From Paraphysomonas bandaiensis (Eukaryota; Protista; Chrysophyceae), in the NCBI GenBank assembly GCA_965644295.1, contig CBFFRP010000238.1:62001-126000 (forward strand): a DNA stretch of 64,000 nucleotides, given 5' to 3'. The notes under the pieces are model-generated. The model saw nothing but the letters and a program-made list of their open reading frames with translations, searched no databases and was not told where the DNA came from. A program made the translations under genes and the position numbers. Every line of letters begins with the position of its first letter. Positions within the stretch are counted from its first letter, which is position 1. Of the stretch, positions 27,347-40,749 are shown piece by piece.

Positions 27347-27945
27347 CTAACTCGCCTGTTGTATTCGCCGGTAGCGGTTTTGTGATAGTACACCCATAGT
27401 ACCTTGTACACTTATAGTAAAACTAGTTGTCTTACTTGTTACTTGTAATGAAAGTAACTTTGTCGACCACAGAATTTTCAATTGTTATTAGAAATAGCAA
27501 TCTATTTTTACCTACATTTTGCTCAATACGGTGCCGCAAAACAGGGTAACCATTAATGGTAGTCCAGTTCCCGGCAAATATAATGGCATTATTGAAAAAT
27601 ACCCCGGCAATTATAATTGCCATTAATGGCTCATTATGGTATACTTACAGCGTCTTTCAACTTTGGGAAAAAAGAATATATTATCAATGTTTTCTAGGTA
27701 AAATATGCATATTTTTAATGCTTTTTGAGTAAGAGTACGTTGTGATGTTATTGCTCAGGAATATTTTATAGAATATTGACTTTGACTTCGTTTATCACTT
27801 AGATTGTCGAAGAACTAGATAGATCACTTTTACAATTGTGTCGTGTTGCATAAAGTTTATCACCAACATTTTCACTTTTTATACAAATCACCGATAATCT
27901 TCAATCTTCTGTATCATTTTTTTGATTTCAGGATTTTTGATTCCG

Positions 27946-28071
27946 TAAGGTGAACCGCCCGGATGCTTGACTTCAGCACGCAGTCCAATACCCTGTATGC
28001 ATTTGAGATGGGCCCATTCCCGGATGCCTGTTTATTCATCAGAGCCCAAAGACATCTACGCAAGTGACACT
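27946..28071 (+). repeat. Interspersed repeat copy A (putative DNA-transposon end)
   Basis: Similar to the reverse complement of 49164-49263 (taaggtgaac..cccggatgcttgacttcag..caataccc..cggatgcctg..agcccaaagac..caagtgacact). Confidence 0.75.
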
Positions 28072-28661
28072 TATGCTATATTTATGTATTATGAATTATG
28101 TAATTATTTAGGTTGCTACACACCAACCCAGATTTTGTGATTATAGTTTTTTACGTTTATTCATTGAGGTAATATATAACCAGTAATATACGTATAAATG
28201 TTTGTGTGCAATAAATCAACTCTAACAATTTTCTATCTAGTTTACAAGAAGACTTGTTCCATTTTTTATAATATTTAACCGTGCCCAGTAAGTGATTTAC
28301 TAACCAACATCGAATAATCACATATCCATATTTCATATCTATGTTCTATGTGGATATTGGTTTCTTTCTATTAGGCAGGATATGTAATATGTACAACACA
28401 ATTAGTTTGCTTAAGCTAGTTTCGATAATAAAAAGATGATGCTTGTTTCATCATGATGCTTGCTCTCAATAAAACACCAATTAATTAATGTCCGCTACAA
28501 CTTATCAATCAATCCATTAGACAGGCATATGAACCACTGCGACTTCTGCAAATAACGATGAACAAAGCAATGCAATGAACAGTGCGTAAGAACATAGAAA
28601 TTCAGCTTGCTACAGTGCCACAATCGAGATTACTCCTATCTACCAATTACATTGCTGAGGA

Positions 28662-31232
28662 CTATTTAGGTTTTCCTAGCTTGAACTTCGGTAAATTTGA
28701 CAGGTTAGACGAAAAATGGGAAAATCCACCGCCAGCTTTGGCCTTGAATGACTCCACCGCATCGCCAAGTCTCGATGGGCTTTTCCCATTGAGATCCCCT
28801 GAGCTCTTGCGCTCTATGCTCGCCATTGAACTGAGATCGGAAGATGACCCAGAGACTTTGAGGTTTTTGATAGTTCGGAGATCACCGTCTTGGCCGTCCG
28901 GCCACATTATGTAAAAAGTCTCTTCGATCTGATCATCATCGCTGCAGATAAGTTTCAACACTACTTCAATCAGCCGAGCCTTCTTGCCCACCATTTCCAC
29001 ATATTTCTCTCCGATTGGCATACTTTGGCGCTCGTAAGATTTCGATGGGAGTGACATATGATGCAACTTTAGAAGCATTGGCTTTAGTTCGTTCAGATCA
29101 AGTAGAAGTTGCTCAGCCCCAACAACGCAAATCTTCTTCAGCCCCATTATTAGTGCAAGAAAGTGGTCTAAAAAATCACCACTGAAGCGATAGCACAGCA
29201 TCTCAAAACACTTCCACGATAGCACCTTTCTCAGACGAGGTATGATGCTACTAAGGCGGGAATTAAGCATTCGAATGTACGGGGAGCAGTCGCCGACAGA
29301 CGTCAGCTGGGCCCATGGAGTATTCACCATGTGTACCAGCACCTCATCAGTTCGTCCCAGCAAACCTCCAACCAAGACGTCCACGCCATGGGAGGATACA
29401 TCCTCAAACAACTCGACCTGAGCGCGCATATTTACGTCTCTCGCGTAGTCAGTCTGAATCTTAAGTGCGATTTCTGATTGCATCTGAGGGATGAGTGCAA
29501 TGCATCTCTCGGCGGTTACAACCGAGCGACAGGCAAGGATTTCTTCCTCTAGACTCAAAGCATGATGCGGACGACGACCATTAAGGGACGGTGGAGTGGT
29601 TGGACATAAACTGGTGCGCAGTGTCTCCGCATATATTTGAAAACAAACCTTGTACTCCATGGAGAGAGATACAAGTGGTTTACCCGTGGTGAATGAGGCA
29701 CAACGCAACAGAGAGCTGCGAATCGTCTGGAAAAGCATTTCGGCTGAGTTAAATACACTTTGGCAGGACGAGGTGTAGGCAATGAGATCCAACACTTCGG
29801 TTTTTTGAGATGCTGATTGGTTAGGTGAGGTGGTAGATGACGTAGACATCGTTCGAGAACGCGGAACGTGTAACCGCACATCTTCATTGACCAGTGATTG
29901 GATTAGAGATTGGACATTTCGACGCTCCGCCTTCACGAAAGGATCCAGATAATTGTCAAACATTGAACTCATTGCAGTACACCGATACGCACTAGTTCTC
30001 GACTCCGAATCTTGAGCCGAAACATATGAGGTAGTATTCATCGCAAACACACCATCATCGAACATCTTATGTACCTCCTGTTCAATAGCTAGAACACTTT
30101 TTAAGACCTGTACCACAAAATTTCCATGTTCTTGCACCAAAGAGGCTTCAATTTCCACTCGTTCTTCTGATTTAACCGGGGAAGAATCCCCACTGGACTC
30201 GCTCTCAGCAGTACGGGCTCGAATACTGCGCCCATGTTGATGTAACTTGTTCACTTCAATATCCAGCAGCATCTGAAGATGGACCGCTGTGCGACGACAA
30301 AAAAGCACATATAGCTTATACGTCAGGTCCCATTCGGAGGAAGTAATCCTCTGAATGTGAGGTGCAGAGGATGACCCAAGAAGACGGTAAAGCTCTTCCC
30401 ACCGCCGCTCCAGCTGCTCCTTATCGAGTCCGAAGAGGTCTCCACCTGGTATACCGCCGCGCAGTTGATACGGTAAGATTTGAACCTGTACCAATGTCTC
30501 CAGCAGATCTGTGACAGTCTCCTCGCCAAGCGTATCTACGACAATGTTTGCATTCCGCAACGAGTCTATCAGTGTAGATGCACGAGAGGACTGCACGATT
30601 TGTCCACCAGAAGAGTTGACAGGGATCTCATACCACTGTTACATGAACAAAAATTACCACAATATTTCTAAATCGATTGCAATACTCACAACGCCAAGTT
30701 CACGGTATCGTCGAAATATTTCACGCTTCAGCAAACATTTCGCTTCATCGACGCGGGCTAGTGAATTTCTAACCTCCTTGACACCGTGGAATGCAGTAGT
30801 TTCGGAGAGCTCATTGTCAATTATATCCAATATATTGTCAATGGTCCGAAAATCGAACTCCTTCACAGCAATCTGTAAATATATTACATAACATCTATGC
30901 ATATCGCAATATTAAACAATTACTTTATATTCCAATTCATCAATAGCTGAGTTCAATCGATCGAGTCTCATCATGAGATCACCATTGTCTGTTAGTTTAG
31001 AATGAGCAAATTTCAATTTCTCTGGATTTGATGCAATAATGTCAACATTTCTTTTGCATTTTTTAATAGAATTTAACATTCCAGTAATATGTTCAACATA
31101 TTGAGCAAATTCTTGTCCTGGATCACCATCTACATTATGACCTTCAGCTTTATCAATAATCACACTTTCAATATCAGTTATTTCATCATTTAATGTATTT
31201 AATATTTCATTAATATGATCTAATGCTGTCAT
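28662..31232 (-). CDS. VPS53: VPS53-like GARP/EARP tethering subunit (divergent, 3 exons)
   Basis: N-terminal coiled coil; LDKEQLERRW; FDNYLDPFVKAE; RCASFTTGKPL; VGDCSPYI; KKICVVGAEQLLLDLNELK (Vps53 C-terminal signature). Confidence 0.75.
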
Positions 31233-31987
31233 TATGAATATTTTAATATGATTATATATATATATATATGAATATGTATGGAATTGAATTATATGGACTA
31301 AACTATAGTGATAATTATAGTTATACACTCGTAATAGAAGTATGAGACATTAATGATAGATAGATATAGATAAAATTCTTAATTTAATTATATTGAATCT
31401 TTATATGAATGTATGTGTATGTGATTGTTAATAATAATCTTATTGCTACTTGATCTACTGCAATATATGCACACATGACCACATCCATATAGAGAGCTGC
31501 TGCTGTCAATGGTGCCTACCTGGTATCGGCATCGTTAGTATATTTTTGTTTAAAGATGCCTCTAATATTGAGACAATAATTATTTGTATTTCTACCGTAG
31601 TTGGATATCAGTAATACAGTGTAAATTTGCTTCAAATCATTTCCGAAAAATGAAATGCTGATTGTTGATACGCTACACATCACACTACACCCGGCCCTGA
31701 AATACTACGACGTCTAGATGTACGACTATAGATCCAGATACTGTATTGTAAAATAGCCCATTTTATATCATACTTTACCAAAAAGTGGTGGTTTATACAG
31801 CAGATGAAAAATTGAGAATACAGTGTATGCGTGGACGGATACGTTGTTGTATCTGTTCATAGAACGTATTACTCGATATACGGTGTATTATTTTGTAACT
31901 GTATCTTGCACTTGTCAGCACATCCATATATTAAATACATTGATAGGCAATGCAAATAGGACTAAAGTAGGCATCATATACCTCTAA

Positions 31988-33424
31988 ATGATTCATTTCA
32001 GTGTGCGTCATGTTAGACGACACTTTAATTGTGTTTGGATGCGATGTGCCAGTGATCGAGCATTTGACTGCTTTGTAATCGGTCGAACTGGAAGTATCAC
32101 TAACATATCACTCACATTTGAAGACTTTAAACGAGATGGATTACATGCAAGAGATTTTTTTGCCCTCGATTTGTTCTCAGATATTTCTTCCTGTGAAACG
32201 CAAAAGAAACATAGCAACTCAACATTAATAACACCTTTTCTCTTCCTTCCAAGACCGGGTTGCATTATAGTATCAATGGGAAACATGAAGAGTATTATAT
32301 ACGCGGATAGATTATTGGTATTCAATCCCAATCGGCCTGTAGTTAAACAGTGGTCTAATGAAGTATGTGGACGAATACATGAATTCCCGGAAGATTCGTC
32401 AAGTACCTCTTTCGAACTCTGCATCCTTGAGGAGATTCTGAAAGAGATGTGCGAGATGTTCGATCGCAGACTGAGATTATTTACACCCCTTGCTGAGAAT
32501 CTTCTTTTGCGTATTGATAATGAATTTGACGCATTTGAGGGTGTTCAGAAACTTGTTCCCCTACAAGATGGAATGCAGGCATTCGAAATCGAAGTTAGGG
32601 AGGCTCGTGAAAATCTCCTCAAAATGCTAGAGAACGATGACGATATGCGGGCCCTGCTATTGAGCTCAAGTGTACGGAAATGCCCCTCAGAGAGCGAAGT
32701 TGCCGTTGAACTATTACTTGAGAGTTATGCGGCCCGTTTGTCCCATCTCCTACACAGCATCACCTATATACAGCAAAAAATGGTTTCTAGGTCTCAAATG
32801 GCCCAGATGAGTATGACTATGCAGAGAAATCGTATCATGCGTATGAATCTACACACTAGCATAGGAGCCATCACACTCGCCTTCTGCTCGGTGGTTACTG
32901 GCGTGTTCGGCATGAATCTTCCTAGTGGGTTGGAGGAAACGCATGGGCTATTCATACCAGCAGTTATGGTGACTTTAGCTGGTAGTGCACTTATTCATGG
33001 TACCATGTTATGGACCATATTTGGGGGTGGTCTCAAAAGGAAGTATGAGCAGGAAGTGGGATACATGGAAGCGATGAAACGTATGCTGAGTGACATGGGA
33101 AGTTTGGATCACGCCGTAAAAACCGCATTCGCATGTATAGATGGTAGTTCAGTTCATACTAAATATGTTGAAAATTTAGAGAAATCAGGAAATGAAGACA
33201 GCACGCATAGGCAATCATTGTCCTCAAGGGTAGTTAGCAAGGCCCTCTTTCGTGAACTGATTCAAGAAGCTCGAATTGGGGCACCTAAACGGCACATAAA
33301 TAGAAGTATCCCTGTTGTCGATGAAGTTGATGTATTTTTCGACCTCATGGACACAGACGGTGATGGTTTACTAGAAAGTCATGAAATTAATAAGCGTCGG
33401 TCATCAAGTAACGTGAGTAGCTAA
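31988..33424 (+). CDS. MRS2: MRS2/CorA-family Mg2+ channel (likely mitochondrial) with C-terminal EF-hand
   Basis: Arg-rich presequence; LHARD; FELCILE; VELLLESY; RNRIMRMNL; TM1-GMN motif (GVFGMNL); TM2; EF loop DTDGDGLLESHE. Confidence 0.9.
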   Translation: MIHFSVRHVRRHFNCVWMRCASDRAFDCFVIGRTGSITNISLTFEDFKRDGLHARDFFALDLFSDISSCETQKKHSNSTLITPFLFLPRPGCIIVSMGNMKSIIYADRLLVFNPNRPVVKQWSNEVCGRIHEFPEDSSSTSFELCILEEILKEMCEMFDRRLRLFTPLAENLLLRIDNEFDAFEGVQKLVPLQDGMQAFEIEVREARENLLKMLENDDDMRALLLSSSVRKCPSESEVAVELLLESYAARLSHLLHSITYIQQKMVSRSQMAQMSMTMQRNRIMRMNLHTSIGAITLAFCSVVTGVFGMNLPSGLEETHGLFIPAVMVTLAGSALIHGTMLWTIFGGGLKRKYEQEVGYMEAMKRMLSDMGSLDHAVKTAFACIDGSSVHTKYVENLEKSGNEDSTHRQSLSSRVVSKALFRELIQEARIGAPKRHINRSIPVVDEVDVFFDLMDTDGDGLLESHEINKRRSSSNVSS

Positions 33425-34228
33425 ATCACTCCGTTGGTGTCAGTTTCTTTTATGTTAGGGTGATAATAGAATGATTGCTCTAATATTTGTATAATATGTT
33501 ACATAGTTACGATCGCGAATGAAGAGTGATGTTAAACGCAATATTTAAGTATTTATGTCATGCTCTTGTTATGCATGCATTTTTGGATTTGCGTTTTGGT
33601 TTTGACATTGTCAGATCTTCGAACGTATGTGGGACACACTCCTATGTAATTGATAATAGCAATGTTTAGTTTTTAGCTTGTCGTACACTCCCTTGCGATA
33701 AACTCACGGTATGGCCACATTCCTTTTCCATTTCTATTAGGAGTCATTGATTCACGTATATCTCTTAACGCGTGAATACAACACACGTATACAATGAAAT
33801 ACCAAGTAGACTGAATAATTACCAAACTATACATGATACGCGACTGTACAAGATACGCACATGTGTGGTGCTAACGCTCTTCTCAAACGTGTCTTGCTAT
33901 TATATTATTAGGCCTTATCGTTCTATCTTTATCTCTAATAATATCAAGACTAACCTTAAATCTTATTTATTTCTTTACATGCAGAGAATGTTCCGGATTC
34001 TCAGACATTGTGATAATTTACATGAAAAAGTATAATGCTGATACTATCCAGAATACAATGCGCGCTAGCTCCGACTGATGAGGGCATAATGCGATGTACA
34101 CGATGCTGATATAGCACATGCGATATCTAGGAGGATTGAAGTTATTCAATTAGATATAGATGTGTATGGAAATTACATACAAAAATACGGTCAAGAAAGA
34201 AACGCTACGAAAAAACTATGTATAACAG

Positions 34229-36875
34229 TTAACTCTTAGAATATGTACTTGGGCTTGGGCTAGAATGTGTAGTAGACGCAGGAACGGATTCGCTTGAACT
34301 TGAAACTGTGGTGTCATGTATCATCACAAACTTCGTGGTAGCTATTGGTTTTTCTGAATCCAGGGTTGAGTTTAGGCTGGAAATATCTTCGCTACTATCA
34401 TCATTGCTAGATAATTTTGAAACACTATTGCTGGTACGATTGCTGTTGGATGCATTCGTATCGAGAGTTCCGCCCACTACAAGATCCACGTTTTGTGGTA
34501 CATACTTTCCATTGGGTTCCATAACTACCAATTTTCCAGGCGTTCCCGAAGGGACATCCGCAACTCGCCATGTATTACTTGGACTAGAATCAGCAAATTT
34601 AACGGTTTTCGATTTAATTTTCACTCCAGGATCCCTCTCTTTCGTATGTTGCAAACTCATCGACGATGTAGACAGTCCACTATCTGCCTCGTTCACGCTG
34701 CTACTTTTAGGATTGTTACGGCTATTCACACCTCTATTGCCGAGCCCTACGGAACTGATTTCCGTGCTACACGTTGAGCCATTTTCACTTTCATCATAGT
34801 TGGAAGACAGCAGTCCATGTGAAGACAGACCCAAAGATGCACGTGGAAGTCCTCCGGCCTCTGAGTCACTAAGCCGACCATGTCGATCACTGCGTGGCCT
34901 CGGGCTACTCCGACCGTTTTTCCTATTCCCAAGCACGAAGCCCCTCCCAATTGTCAAGTTGCCAACACCACTTAACAGGCCATGTACACTGCTCATCAGC
35001 CCGCTACCATGTCCGCTTGATCCCTCTTTCTCAGATAACAGTTCACTTGTGAAACCATATTTGGAGGCATGTATGGCACGCCCTTGCTCCTGTCCAAGGG
35101 CTTTCTCAAAGTCGTAAAATCGATCTCGAAAACAAAATATAATTTGAAGAATGACATACGATATGGCATCTGTCTGATCAATCTGCTCAAAACCTACATA
35201 TTTATTCAAACATCTATAGTACATACTCCGGACATCACCAACCTAGATTCTCGTAAAACGCTTGTGTTTTTTGCTTCATTCCCCACACAGACAGTGTTAT
35301 CCGTCCACAACCAAGCTTTTCAGCCGACTGCTCTGCCCATTTCATTAGTCGGGTACCAACTCCTTCTCCATGCTCGCTCTCTTTAACGGCGAGAAAGTCA
35401 ACATATGCCTCACCGGGTGTGCAGACATGATCATTCAGTATCGCATGCTTGTAACGAAAACGAAGAGCATTAAATATGCCCAATTCGTGAAACTCTGGTG
35501 AGCAGGTAGGTGTGTCCTCTTCTGAAGGTGAGTCAAGAGACTCCATCGGAAGTGCCAAATCAGTAGCACTTGCGCCTCCCGGTGCAGATGAGTATACTGA
35601 GACTGACGAGGAGTCCAAAGGGTTGTAGTAATCAGTCGAAGTGCTACTCTGGAGAGAAGCATAGGCAGCTGTGTCTCCTGGGAGTTGCAGACTGAGAGCC
35701 CCAATAACCACTCCAGTTTCATCTCTTACCACTCCTACTCGTCCAAGCCACCTGTAAAAGACATGATACAAAGCCTAATAATCATACACATCTCAAACGC
35801 ACGATCATTGCAATCAAACGGAATATATTTCGGTAACATACTACCTTGTTAGAGTGATACGCCCGTGCGACCTCCAGTGGGCCTCTATGATATCTGGCCC
35901 CGCGCCAGAAGGGAGACCAATATAAGAAAATAAATCAGCAAACGACTCACAATATAACTTCGCGAGAGTAGGAATATCAGATTCATGAGCAAGATCTACA
36001 CCAAACACGAGGCCCTGTAATAACACAAGCACATTGAGAATATTTTCACAGCGGTTTACGTTGAACACAGCACCCATTGAATATATAAGGTTACAATAGG
36101 ATTCACTCATATGCCCCTCACTGCTACTCACCGTGTCTGGAAGAATTCTTCTGAGGGCATCGCCACTGTATACTGACCGGAACTGTAGCACTTCCACACA
36201 ATGCACAGCGTCGAGCACACCTTTCGTTACTCGGTACACATATAAACGCCATGGGATAGAGAGCACAACCTGTAGAATAAATATTTATGTTATACATAAT
36301 TTTAATAAAATATTTTCTTCCCACCTGGACTACAATGATGACTATGGCATTATCCCTTTCTACGTATTTATGAATACCATAATCATTTATATTATCTGGT
36401 AACTTCACAACCGAACGTTTGGACTCTGCTTCATCACCAAATGTAAAGCATTCAGTTATAATTGTCATAACAGCCATCGCAATGCCTAGTTGTGTCACAC
36501 GTAGGAATACTTTGAGTAGTGTTTTATCGGATATAATCTCTGTACTTCTCCCACAGAAGCAGAGATAAGTACAACAGGGCTTTTGCTTACAACATAAGCA
36601 CTGAATCCCACCATCTAATACTAAAATACTAAGTGTTATCGTAATGCAGCCTGCTCCCAATAGAGCCCCATAGGCACCTAAGAGTTCATAGCTAGTATCT
36701 GCAGTGATAATTCGTATTATAGCGATGACTAACAAGAGTCCCTCTAAAAACATGTCTTCCACACATATATTTCGCATTTTCATGTTCATAACGCCTAAAA
36801 TAATGATTATTTAATGATAGTAAGATGATAATAAGTACCCATAGAGCCAAAGGGACCGCGTAATATCTGTCGCAT
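34229..36875 (-). CDS. Membrane-anchored GNAT acetyltransferase with Ser-rich disordered tail (multi-exon; start uncertain)
   Basis: About 4 N-terminal hydrophobic helices; YVDFLAV..EHGEGVGTRLM (acetyl-CoA motif A); ITLSV..KTQAFYENLG (motif B). Confidence 0.7.
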
Positions 36876-37145
36876 ATTGTATAAAGCAGATGTGAGTGTG
36901 TTATATTGCTAATAAATCAGAAATGAAGCATGTATACAGTCATATATATATGAGAGATTGATACATATGCATAATACTAACAATATAACTTCATTGACTT
37001 CATGATACACTTCATTATACTTCACTTCATTCAACTGCCAGTAATTAAATTTTCACCATTGAGTTTATAAACGTAAATATAAGAAGCACGATTGGGTAAA
37101 ACAGGACGATTACATATGTGATAAATGGTTGAATATTTCCATGTG

Positions 37146-37222
37146 TATATATTATGTATATCACAGTATACCGTTGTATTCCAATATATTATGTATATCA
37201 CAGTATACCGTTGTATTCCAAT
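37146..37222. repeat. Local direct duplication (~37 bp x2)
   Basis: atattatgtatatcacagtataccgttgtattccaat occurs twice in tandem. Confidence 0.8.
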
Positions 37223-37509
37223 GACGTAAATCACATACGTAAAAAACACAAGTTTTTTAGATGAAAACAAAGTAGGATCATCTAATAATCATGTATTTTT
37301 CAAGAAATTGTAGAATAGATGAGATGATCTCTCATTGGACAAAGAATCGAGGGTAGAATGATACAGTGATATCATTCCATCGAATGTACTGCAGAATATT
37401 GCCACGTCAAGAAGATTATAGAAGGGTTAAGAATGTGATCCAGTTACTATTATACTTTAAATGAGTTTGTGATACGATTCAATTGAGACTATTAAGAACA
37501 TAAGAAGTC

Positions 37510-37875
37510 ATGGAAACTGTAAAGGATCATATGAAAGCAGTTAAAGAAACTGTCTCTGAGGCAGTAAATAATTACTCTAAGAAAGTAAAGGAGTCAGAAG
37601 AGGAAAGGCTGGAAAAGAAAAGAGCAAAGGAACTCGAAGAGCAAGGGTACAGCCCCGAAGAAGCCAAAGAAGAAGTACAGGAGAAGAAGAGGGCGAAAGA
37701 AATCAAAGAATCACTCGAAGGAGCAGTTGATACAGCTGCAGACACTGCAAAAGCGGTCGGAGATCAAGCAGCTAAAACAGCTGCTCATGCTGAACGAGTT
37801 TTACAAGAAGAGACGGATGCTATCGCTAATGAAAATACCCATAAGAATGAGACCTCTGACCAACAATCGAATTGA
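37510..37875 (+). CDS. Small highly charged LEA-like/hydrophilin protein (121 aa)
   Basis: E/K/A-rich, no Cys/Trp/Phe, internal EKKRAKE repeat, DTAADTAKAVGDQAAKTA LEA-type segment. Confidence 0.65.
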   Translation: METVKDHMKAVKETVSEAVNNYSKKVKESEEERLEKKRAKELEEQGYSPEEAKEEVQEKKRAKEIKESLEGAVDTAADTAKAVGDQAAKTAAHAERVLQEETDAIANENTHKNETSDQQSN

Positions 37876-38215
37876 GTTCTGTAAATTTACCGCTACCCCT
37901 TGTATATGCTGCATATAAACGAACCCATGGAATGGTGGTCTAGTAGATAGAACTACTAATACATTCATTAGGATAAATACTAATTAATGACTTAGTTGAT
38001 ATTTGTATAAGTTGCTGTATTGGCTCCCAATTTGAAACGATGTAACTAGTGTTGTATGTATAGTCTTATTGTGTTTACGTAAGTATACTTATTCCTACTG
38101 CGGATTTACTGCTTCATGTCAGTAGTCTAGAGTGCTAATACCGCAAACTTTAAGAACTTGTAAGGTATTATGAATACTGAAAATTTCCTTAATGACTATA
38201 TTATAGTGTATGTAA

Positions 38216-39664
38216 TTACTTAAAAGAAGCTACAAGAAGTATCCATTGGTAATAAGTTGTTTCGGGTAAATCGTGTGCCAAGTAGTCGTCCCAAGAAGAG
38301 TCATATAAGCGGTCTAGTCTATCACACTGAACGTGGCCCCTAACACTATTATAGCTCTCTGAGCAGTCGTCGAAACTTGTGTTCATATCAGTACTTTCCT
38401 GTACTGGTTTAAAACTCGAGTGGGACACAACGCGCTTATGCACATTGAGACCCACTTCATCTAATCTTGGAAGAAGCATAGATATTCCATACCTACATTA
38501 AGATCACACTTGCAGGCCACAGAATTAAATTTCGACTAACCTGTGGTATTCCCTAGGAACAGTGAATACAGCAAACCCATCGCGCTTCATATATCTTAAT
38601 ATACATTGCACCACACCATCTGCATCCCTGTCACAACATACCATATCGGATGCAACTATAACGTCGAATTTGTCTCCATCACTGTCTGGAGGGTCGAGGC
38701 TGTGATATCGACTAGAACTAGATTGAATAACATCAGATTCATCGCCAGGCCACACTCCCGTTTTACTCTGAGGTAAATTGTCTAACAAAACTGTCCAGTC
38801 TAATCTACACACCTGACAAATCACGAGAGCATGGTGAGACCAGTATGTGTCAAAAGAAAAATATACCTCAACATTGGAAGGATCGCATATAGCGCCTTGC
38901 TGCCCATTAATAGCGTGTGAACCTGAGTTCAACCGTACATTGTACGCAATATTATCTAAAATAATCTCACTGTAGTCCGTTATGCAGATGTGGGATGCCC
39001 CACAAGATGCTGCCACAATGCCACATAAACCATTTCCAGCTCCAATTTCGAGTGTCTTCTTTGTCGCAAATAGATCACGATTTATATGCATCCACCTATA
39101 AAAGATAACCTAAGATGCACTAATTGAAAGCAAGCCATCGCACCTACTGAGAATAACTGCTGCGGACCATATAATATATCCTACAGCAGCTTGACCTTCA
39201 CCATGCATTGCACTCGGAATTTGACGGAGAAGGACATTGATCGGCGCACTTTCTGAAATGCCAGGGTCTTTAAGATAATATTCAAGTGGTTTTTTGACAT
39301 CTTTACTGTCTGGTGCAACAAGACTTTGCATAGGATACGCGCATCCACTCGTCAAAATAACACCGATCACCACTTCACACTGAGCACTCAACTCGTCAAA
39401 ACGATCGCAGCGTTTGATTAAGAGATGGCCTCCAAATTCACCCAATTGAAAAGCAAAATCATAATCATAACTGCAAGATTCAATAATAGTCAGGATAGTT
39501 TGTAGGTTGGTAATGTTTCTAGTCCTCACAGATTCACTGAACACTGTGATAAAGTCAATAAAAACACTCGATAGACGTAATGCAGTGATCTGTCGAGTTG
39601 ATGTCTCATCACATTCATTGCCTATGAAAGAGTACACAGATTGGATAACAGTTACAGGGTCCAT
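38216..39664 (-). CDS. Methyltransf_16-family (METTL21/EEF2KMT-like) protein methyltransferase, multi-exon
   Basis: VGYIIWSAAVILSR/W, LEIGAGNGLCG (motif I), CITDY, RLDW, FDVIVASDMV. Confidence 0.85.
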
Positions 39665-40021
39665 ATCTTCATTCAGGTGTTAAAGAGGAACAGATGGATG
39701 TATTAATGGAACGAACAGGCAAATCTACGTACCATTGATTATACATACATACAGCTGTACCATACATACTGTACCAATGTATAGGCACGGAAATACGTCG
39801 AGTAGTACTGCTGTATATCACAAGTATATGTCGTTAAGGGGAGTCTGTACCACAACTGTCCATAGTATATCAGTACAAGTGTACCAGTGTACGTATACAT
39901 ATGATACTTATTTCTCCAGCATACATGCACCAAGAAATGCATCATAAGGCTCAATCATTTGCAACAGAGTATTAAGATCTCTTCTGCTCTCAATTGCAGT
40001 TACGCTTTGTCCCTTATTTAC

Positions 40022-40318
40022 ATGTCTTGCCGTAAGGAAATCAATGCTCTTAATAATTGCAAGTACGAATCACGTCAAGAGGAATTTAAAGCTAATTTAG
40101 ATGTTTGTATAGCCAAGAAGATTACACCTAACTGTAGCGCTGTAGCTGATAAGTATATTAAATGCAAAAAATCAGTAGCTAGCACTGGAGTATACTCTGG
40201 AAAGCCTACAGATTGCGTGGACCCCTACCTTATAGATGTTCGTGAATGCATTGAACTAAATAAACCTTCTCTTTCTTCTTATTCCCGTTCAATTATTTCG
40301 TGTACATACAAGTTGTAG
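40022..40318 (+). CDS. Small CX9C-motif protein (CHCH-like, probable mitochondrial intermembrane space)
   Basis: From ATG 40022: CRKEINALNNC (CX9C), CSAVADKYIKC (CX9C), CVDPYLIDVREC (CX10C). Confidence 0.55.
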   Translation: MSCRKEINALNNCKYESRQEEFKANLDVCIAKKITPNCSAVADKYIKCKKSVASTGVYSGKPTDCVDPYLIDVRECIELNKPSLSSYSRSIISCTYKL

Positions 40319-40749
40319 TATGTATGTGCACTGTAAACCGCACATTAGAGCTGTTGCTACCTAGAACTTTAGTAGTCATATGTTTCTCTAGAACATCAAT
40401 CCGTAGTGTGTGCAGAATTTACAGCTACCTCACACACAAACTTAAGTATGAAGCTTATACCTAATTTAAGGCGGTTGGTGCGTCATACAGTAAAATATCC
40501 AATGCGACACTGATATACTGGCTGCAGTCTGAAACTACTACTGTATGTTACTGACAAGGAAGTAAACCTGTCAACAATCCTCCAGTACACGGAATATTCG
40601 GACTTCATGTAAATGTGAACAAAGACTATACCATCACCATAAGAGTTCCATAAACATCATAGTACCACCGTCGTAAATTATTAACATGTACAGTGTGTAC
40701 TACTAGAAGTAACTTTAATAGTACATATACAAAAATATTCGTCAAAATA

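Noticed and set aside
27540-27630. Repeated CCATTAATGG palindromes and CCGGCAA.TATAAT motifs
   Set aside because: Could be a TE subterminal relic, but it is too short and has no definable ends.
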